Positions 57,502 through 64,000 of a stretch of 64,000 bases of DNA are shown piece by piece (position 1 is the first letter of the stretch; each line of letters opens with the position of its first letter). The DNA is taken from NCBI GenBank assembly GCA_040285825.1, contig JAUPSS010000007.1, positions 1,896,689 through 1,960,688 on the forward strand, written 5' to 3'. A program made the position numbers and the translations under genes. Under the pieces are notes generated by a model. The model ran no database searches and was not told where the DNA came from. It saw only the letters and a list, made by a program, of their open reading frames with translations. Origin of the DNA: Eukaryota sp. TZLM1-RC (taxonomy: Eukaryota > Protista > Metamonada: BaSk clade).

Positions 57502-60500
57502 CTGCCTTTTCCTCTCTTTCGAGCGACGAGCCCTGGAGCTCTAGTCACAGGAGGTGAACTAATGGAAATATGACGCTTCTTGGGAGGAGCGGATTTAGTA
57601 CGGCGACGTGCTTTTGAAGTCTTGATAAAGTCTTTATACGCGGCAGTATTTTGGACTGTAGACACATGTTCGGTGGTGATCTCTTTTCCAGGCCATTGCA
57701 CTTGGCAAAAGTCACCTTCCTGACTGAGCACTTTTTCAATGATGTGTTCTTCGACATCACCTGCAGCGACCCAGGAGTGGAACTCATCGTTGGTGGGCAA
57801 GCTGGAGTGCCAGGGTGCTAAATGTTTGACGCTAGCTTGGACAATCGTACCTGTGCAGAGATTCTTAATATTCACAGACGAATTGGATACGATTTCAGTA
57901 ATTAGGAAGGGTCCTAAATAGTCTCCATGAAGCTTAGCGGAAGAGCCAGATGCTCTCAATACCAATTGACCAACTTCAAAAGGGTTTGGAGTTGACGATC
58001 TAGTTAGCTTGGAAGCCTTGGAAGCTTGATGGTGTGCTGCCTTTTCCTGTTTCTCTTTCAATCTTCGAAATTTAGATTGAATTTCTTGAATAAAAGATGA
58101 CTCAGACGTCGAGCTTTCAACGATTTCAAGAATTTTGCCAGGGTCTGATCTGGGAGACACATCTGAGCCAAAGATCACTTGGTATGGGGTGTGGTTGGTT
58201 ATTGAGCTCTTGGAAGAGTTGATCAATAATTGCACATAAGGCAAGTATTCAGACCACACATCGTAGGCATTGAAGTCTACGAGCAATTTCCGTAGGTTTT
58301 GCAGGATGTCTCTGTGTCGGCGCTCTACCAGGCCGTTGGACGGAGAAAACCTAGGTATTGACTTTGACACCTCTATGCCCAAAAATTTGCTTAATTCGTC
58401 AAAGACAGCCTTGGAAAATTCGGGTCCATTATCGCTGTGGATTTGAAATGGAATACCAAAGATGGCACAGACTTTCCAAATTAATGCATCTGCAGTAAGA
58501 TTGGCATTTATCTCTTTTAAAGGCACGATGATCGTGAACCTAGAGAAGCTGTCAATAAATACGAGGATGTATTTGTAGCCTTCTTGATCTTCTGGAAGAG
58601 GACCAATGACGTCGGCGTTGACGCGAGCAAAAGGTCTGTCAGCCCACAATGAACCGGTTGGGGGAACATGCAGTTTGCGAACTGGCTTTGTTTTCTGACA
58701 GGAGGGGCATTCTTGGACGTGCTTATTCATGTCGGTGAGCATGTTTGGCCACCAATAATCGCTGTTCCTGAGCTTGTTCAGGCTTTCAGCTTTGCTTGGA
58801 TGACCTCCTTGCAGAAGTCCATGCAACAAGTTAAGGGTGTCCTTAATCAGTGATTTGGGAATCACTATCTTGTTGTCGTGAGTCATATATAAATCAAGAT
58901 GATTGTTATGAACACAGTTGTTGAAAGAGGGGTCTTTGGAAGCTATGGCAAGCTTCTGTTCGGACCTAATCCTACAGAGCCATGGCTCGAAAATAGACAG
59001 GTCGTTGGAACATCGTTCTCTGATGACCATGATACGTTCGAAGTTGTTTAATTCTTCGATGTAGTATCTTTCATTTTCTGTTCCATCAATTTTATCAATG
59101 TAAAATATTGGATGAAAATTTGGAGGCATTTGATGGGACAAATGATTGATCTCTTGATGGTCTATAGGCGGAACTATTCGAGACAACATATCAGCCCAGA
59201 AGTTATCTTCCCCTTTGGTATGTACCAAATCAAAGCAGAATTCAGAGAATATGGGTAACCATCTTGTTACAATTCTGTTCTTCTCAGGAGCCGTGAACAT
59301 GTAGGTAAGGTTTTGATGGTCTGTGAATATAATCAGTTTCCTTCCTTTCAAGTAGTTTTCAAAACCACTTTGAGTTAACATGAGTAGGATAGCATAGAGT
59401 TCCTTTTGGTTTGTCGGCCAGTTCTTTTGCGAGTTAGTTAACAACCGGCTGAAGAAGCTGATAGGCCTACATTTCCTGTTGATCAGGGGGGTACCGGGGT
59501 CGTCGACTTGTTCGATTTGTTCCCATATGATGCCGCCTACAGCAATGTCGGATGCATCGCAACTAATTAAAATTTGGTTTTCCAGCGGAGGTAAGCTGAG
59601 CGGCATGTGCTTCGCTATCAGTTGTTTGATCTTTTGAAGGAGTCCGTCGTGCATGTCGGTCCATTGAAGGCGTTGCGCGCGGAGTTTGGGTTTAACGTTG
59701 GAGTTAGTTCCATCCTTCTTAGTCAATCTGATGATAGGAGCGATGAGCTCAGATACCTGAGGAAGCCATTCTCTAATGAAGTTGACTGATCCTACGAGGC
59801 TGCGGACGTCTTTGATTGTCTTTGGTCTAGGTAGATTCAGCAAAGATTCAACGCGAGTGGGATCGATAGTCCGTTGTTTGTTTTGGAAAACACTGCCCAG
59901 TATCTTTATTGGGTGTCTGGAAGACACGAAATGGCACTTTGGAAGTCCCAAGGAAACTCTTTTGCGTCTAGCTTGGTCAAGGACGCGACGGAGGCGTTCA
60001 ATGAATTCGTCAAAGGTTGAACCTATGATTATGATGTCATCTATGTAAATGAAGACACCGTCTCCCGAGAAGATGTCAGCCATGACGTTTTGGAAAACGG
60101 CTGGGACATTCTTTAGGCCAAAAGCTGCACGTTTGAACATGATGCTTTTGCCAGGAATGCTCAGGGCTGTTTTCTGCCAATCCTTTTCGGCAATCTTGAG
60201 TTGCCAAAAGGCTTTGGGGAGGTCAAGGGTGCCTATGTAGTTCGCTTGGGAGAGAAATACCAGCACATCGGAGATCCTTGGAAGGTTGGGCTCAACAGGA
60301 ATGGTGGTGGCGTTGACTCCGTCCTTGCCACTATAGTCACCGGTAAGGCGGGGCTTACGGTGATCTGGGTAGACCACTAGACAGACAGGGAGCTGAACTC
60401 ATGGTTCGATGGGACAGCAAATCCTGAGTCTACGAGTTCGTCGAAAATTTGGTTAGCGACCTCTAGCCTGGCTGGATTCAGGGTCCTGGGGGGTCTTCTA

Positions 60501-60745
60501 ACTCTGACGTCTTCGTTGTAGAAGTTGATTTCCATGGGAGGGCAATCAATACCTTCAGCATGAGGCTTGAGGGTAAATACGTCTTCGAACTCCTTCAAAG
60601 TTTGAAGTAGGGACTTCTTGAAATGGTCGTTGTCGAGGTTGATGGTACAACCAGATGAGTTGATGTGTTCCAACCAACGTGTGGAAACGTTGACGACTTC
60701 CGAAGCTTGTGATATTCGATGATCGAATTCAGCTTCAGGTAATTG
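57486..60745 (-). CDS. pol: RT-RNaseH-integrase region, in frame with gag-PR across a TAA; one 1-nt indel at ~60388
   Basis: Adding one C restores FSSPVCLVVYPD; catalytic motifs otherwise intact. Confidence 0.85.
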
Positions 60746-63472
60746 TTATGTGCGACAGGCGTCGTCCATTCTAATATAAATGCCCTTGTTGTTCATCAGC
60801 CCAAGGTGACTCAACAAGTCAGCACCAATGAGAATGGTCTCATGTCCAGGAACGATGCTGAACTTGTGTTTCACGTGTACAATCTGGGTAACACTACCTA
60901 ATCTAATGCTAAGGGTTCCAGAAGCAGTACCAAGGGACTGTGAGGTAGTTCCATCAGCAATCTTGTATGAAATGGTTTCGTTGGAACGTGCCATGTTACA
61001 ATTACTGATGACGTCTTCCGTGACTACTGAGCATGTTGCACCAGAGTCAATTATGCCTTTAACTTCGACATTGTTGATCAGGAAGTTTAATTGTAGGCAG
61101 TTGTGATTCATGGATTGTACCATAAAAATTGTATCAGAATCATGTCCATTTAAGTCGGCTTGTTCTGAGAAGAAGTTGGCCTGACTGTTGAGTATCTTGG
61201 TAGGTTCCAAGTTGGCAAGTGGATTGATTAGGGAGTCTTTCCATGCTGAACTTTCTGTATGTGGTTGTGTTGTTGTTGTAGGGGGTATGGTTTCTAAAGT
61301 ACATAAATAGTGACGGGAACGTTTATTGTAAGAAGAGCCTCTGCCTCTGCCGCGAGTACCTCTTCGACTACGGAAACCAGAACCTCTAGAACTTCTACCT
61401 CGAGCTTGTTGTTGAGCTTGTTGCTCTGTCCATTTCTTGCTCCTTTGGCAGTCTTCACTGGGGCACCTTTCGGTCGGATGGCCCTTTTTCTTACAGAAGT
61501 TGCATTGGACATCAGCAGCCTGGGAAGACGATTGTGGTAGGCTTCCTCCTCTCTTACTTTGTTTTGGGCGTTTACCTGGACCAGAACCTCGTGGTCTGGG
61601 GATGTCAGGTGGGGAGGGAACGACCATGGGAGGTCGGCGAGAGGCCTGCTGGTGAGTTAATTGGTTCTGATAGCTGAAATCGACATGGTTCAGTTGTTCC
61701 ATGAACGATCTGGCGTTACAGAAATTCTCGTATTCAATTTGAAGAACACTAAAGAATTCGCCAAGGGTGTGCCCATCGCATGAGTAGTGGGAGGGAGAGG
61801 ACCAGATCCTGAGGAGTCTGTCTCTGATAGGGATAATTCCTACGCTTTCTAGGACATGAGTAGCAACTACCCAGTCTGGAAGTCTATCAGCTGGAGGAGT
61901 GGAGCTTATGGAGAATGTTCTCAATTGTTGAGAGATGCCCCTAAATTCTTGGATGGCGGTGGAGCGAGTCAGAACTCTGCCTAGGTTGACCATGAAGTCA
62001 ATCCATCTATTGCCATAATCTCTTTCCGACCAGTCCATGTTGGTTGCGAGGAGAGCTCGATTAGCCTCATCCAGTCTGCTGAATTGGGTTCTTCTTAGAA
62101 TTTGAGCCCAAATGATGCGTTCATCTCTTGAGGTAGGGACCATAGGAGAAGAGATAGCTAGGTGAGCACCTTGGTATCGTAGCGCATTTAACACTTCGGG
62201 GGTGACACATTCAGCGAGGCCTCGGGGGTTGATCCTCATGGCTTGACGGAACAAGTCCCATTCGTGAACTGGTTCTCCAGTGATGTTACCAAAATACTCA
62301 TCGATCGGTGGTTGGGAACCTTCTCTAGCTAGTTCTAATTCTTCATGTAGTCTGGCAACTTCGTTAGCTAGAGCTATCTGGGCTGGATCCTCAACGTTAC
62401 CTCTCGTTTCTCTTAAGACTCGGTCGGTACGACTCCAGAGAATGAATTTGTTGACAAACTTTAGGAGTTTATCAGCGTCTCTCAAATCACAAGCCTCAAG
62501 ATATGGACGTTTAGGACGGTCCCTACGTCTGTCATCTCGGTCTCTTGATCCAATCATTGAAGAGAGGAGAAGGCTACTTTCGTATGTGCCCGAGAAAGGT
62601 GAATGATGTGAGGAAATGGAGGATGTTGAACCTGTCGTGGAAGGTGTAGGTAGGGGTTGAGGAGCTCGACTAACGGGAGTGATGGGAGCAGCTACTGCAT
62701 CAGAAGATGTGGTGGGGGTGGGTGATTCACTGCTCACAGTGACAACGTCGTCGTCAGCTTGTTCCATAGCAGATTGGTTGGGGTTAGAGGTTTCCGTGAT
62801 AGGAAATGAATCAGTTTCCATAGGAGGTTGTGGTGATTCAGGAGGTTGAGCGGAGGAAGATGGAGCTTCACTCTGTTGAGGTTCAAGGGAAGGTACTGTC
62901 TCTTCAATCTGGGCTGGAACCTGATAAGAAGAGATCGCTGGTTGAACCAAGCGTGTTTTCTCTATACGACCTTCTACCATTACCCACTTTAACATCCTGG
63001 ATTCTATGCATCCAGGGAAAACGGTGACGAGCTGGAGGGCTCTTTGAAGATTGCCAGATCTTCTGTGGTCGGGACCACAATATGACGCTATATGATCAGG
63101 ACGTCTATCATATAGAAAGAGTCTTTCACCATATGTGGTTTCGGTAAACCACCACCCTGTTCTATAATCTCTGTCGATAAGGATATCGAGAGATGCGTTG
63201 TACCCAGGGCTGAACCTAGGGTATGGGCAAGGGTTGTGAACGTTTATGAAGAGGTTGTCTTCATCTCCAGCGAAGCGTCTGAATACTCCTTCTCGAGTAG
63301 TTCTCATGAACCTAACTCCGGGTCTTGGTTCATAAGTTGGTTCAGGGTCATTCCTGGAGGTTTCTGGGGTGATCCTTTCATCGGAAAGAAATGGACCAAT
63401 TCTGGGAGAGATCCATATTCCTAAGTCGTTCTCGACTTTGGGGCCGTAGAAAGGAGGACGCTTGTTGCTCAT
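60746..63472 (-). CDS. gag: Gag-protease ORF (frame open upstream to ~63808)
   Basis: CNFCKKKGHPTERC, GIIDSGATCSVV, ILIGADLL; ends TAA CAA TTA. Confidence 0.85.
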   Translation of the reverse strand: MSNKRPPFYGPKVENDLGIWISPRIGPFLSDERITPETSRNDPEPTYEPRPGVRFMRTTREGVFRRFAGDEDNLFINVHNPCPYPRFSPGYNASLDILIDRDYRTGWWFTETTYGERLFLYDRRPDHIASYCGPDHRRSGNLQRALQLVTVFPGCIESRMLKWVMVEGRIEKTRLVQPAISSYQVPAQIEETVPSLEPQQSEAPSSSAQPPESPQPPMETDSFPITETSNPNQSAMEQADDDVVTVSSESPTPTTSSDAVAAPITPVSRAPQPLPTPSTTGSTSSISSHHSPFSGTYESSLLLSSMIGSRDRDDRRRDRPKRPYLEACDLRDADKLLKFVNKFILWSRTDRVLRETRGNVEDPAQIALANEVARLHEELELAREGSQPPIDEYFGNITGEPVHEWDLFRQAMRINPRGLAECVTPEVLNALRYQGAHLAISSPMVPTSRDERIIWAQILRRTQFSRLDEANRALLATNMDWSERDYGNRWIDFMVNLGRVLTRSTAIQEFRGISQQLRTFSISSTPPADRLPDWVVATHVLESVGIIPIRDRLLRIWSSPSHYSCDGHTLGEFFSVLQIEYENFCNARSFMEQLNHVDFSYQNQLTHQQASRRPPMVVPSPPDIPRPRGSGPGKRPKQSKRGGSLPQSSSQAADVQCNFCKKKGHPTERCPSEDCQRSKKWTEQQAQQQARGRSSRGSGFRSRRGTRGRGRGSSYNKRSRHYLCTLETIPPTTTTQPHTESSAWKDSLINPLANLEPTKILNSQANFFSEQADLNGHDSDTIFMVQSMNHNCLQLNFLINNVEVKGIIDSGATCSVVTEDVISNCNMARSNETISYKIADGTTSQSLGTASGTLSIRLGSVTQIVHVKHKFSIVPGHETILIGADLLSHLGLMNNKGIYIRMDDACRT

Positions 63473-64000
63473 CTCCGTGGGAGGGATGGCCTCTGGGTCC
63501 TCTGGAATGACTCGTGTGTCCCTATATCTAGCGTAAGGGTTGTGCTGGCGGGAAGCACCATGATGAACACTTGAGCTAGCGTAGGAGCTAGTTTGAGAAG
63601 GGGTGTGTTTAGCAAGTGTAGAGGATGTTCCTCTTCTAGCCTGTAACTCTCTTTCCAGTCTGTTCTTGAGTTTCCAGATTCGATCTTCATGGAAGTAACG
63701 TTCTAAATATTTTTTAGAAACCTCACCAGTTTCTCTATTAATTTCAGGAACATGTTCCGTGGGAGGAACCGGAGGTTGAGCTGTGTGAGAAAATTCCCTG
63801 GGAGGTTCCTCATAGTCAACCAGATCTGAGAATAATAGTTCATACCTCTTCCTTTGCTCTTCGGAAAGATGCGAAGGAAAATTTGGTGTGCTAGGAGTGG
63901 AATCTCTAGCCTGGGGAGGGGAAACAGACAGATTGTTAACTCCTCTTACTGTTGATGTAGTAAGAGGAGATCCTGAAGTTGGGACAGCAGGATTTTGAAT

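Larger units (their letters stand above)
57361..64000 (-). mobile_element. Ty3/Gypsy LTR retrotransposon (5' end outside the window)
   Basis: Domain order gag(CCHC)-PR(IDSGA)-RT(YIDD)-RH(CDASD, TDHQNL)-IN(H..H..C..C, SDNG, GDYLGPF), then a chromodomain-like tail. Confidence 0.93.

Noticed and set aside
577-63424. Many short antisense or overlapping ORFs in the ORF track
   Set aside because: Shadow frames of real genes or of repeated retrotransposon copies
1-64000. CRISPR array, rRNA, telomeric repeats or an SL-RNA array
   Set aside because: None seen; the repeats are explained by transposon copies

Overview
Eukaryotic, AT-rich, repeat-dense window from a compact protist genome. Introns are 26-32 nt, the genetic code looks standard, and a flagellar dynein intermediate chain is present; a metamonad-like anaerobe is plausible but is only inference. 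Host genes: calcineurin B, a stand-alone flavodoxin-like protein, presequence protease (M16C), PAC3, Sec13, alanine aminotransferase, a SWEET transporter, an MJ1316-RCC1-BTB fusion, a WDR63-like dynein intermediate chain and tRNA-Phe. About two thirds of the window is mobile DNA: a short-TIR MULE, about four families of CRE-like (RT + RLE) non-LTR retrotransposons including nested self-insertion arrays, a gag-only mini LTR element, and a Ty3/Gypsy element with a UAA-CAA-UUA readthrough signal. The most interesting signal is three distinct families of Fanzor1-like (eukaryotic TnpB, RNA-guided nuclease) elements. Family A has two near-complete 2.3-kb copies with a conserved structured 3' region (candidate omegaRNA) and a shared RuvC-I lesion. 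Family B 3' remnants share their last 14 nt with the start of Sec13. All homology calls are by-eye motif recognition, with no database searches; many frameshifts fall in homopolymers and may be assembly errors.
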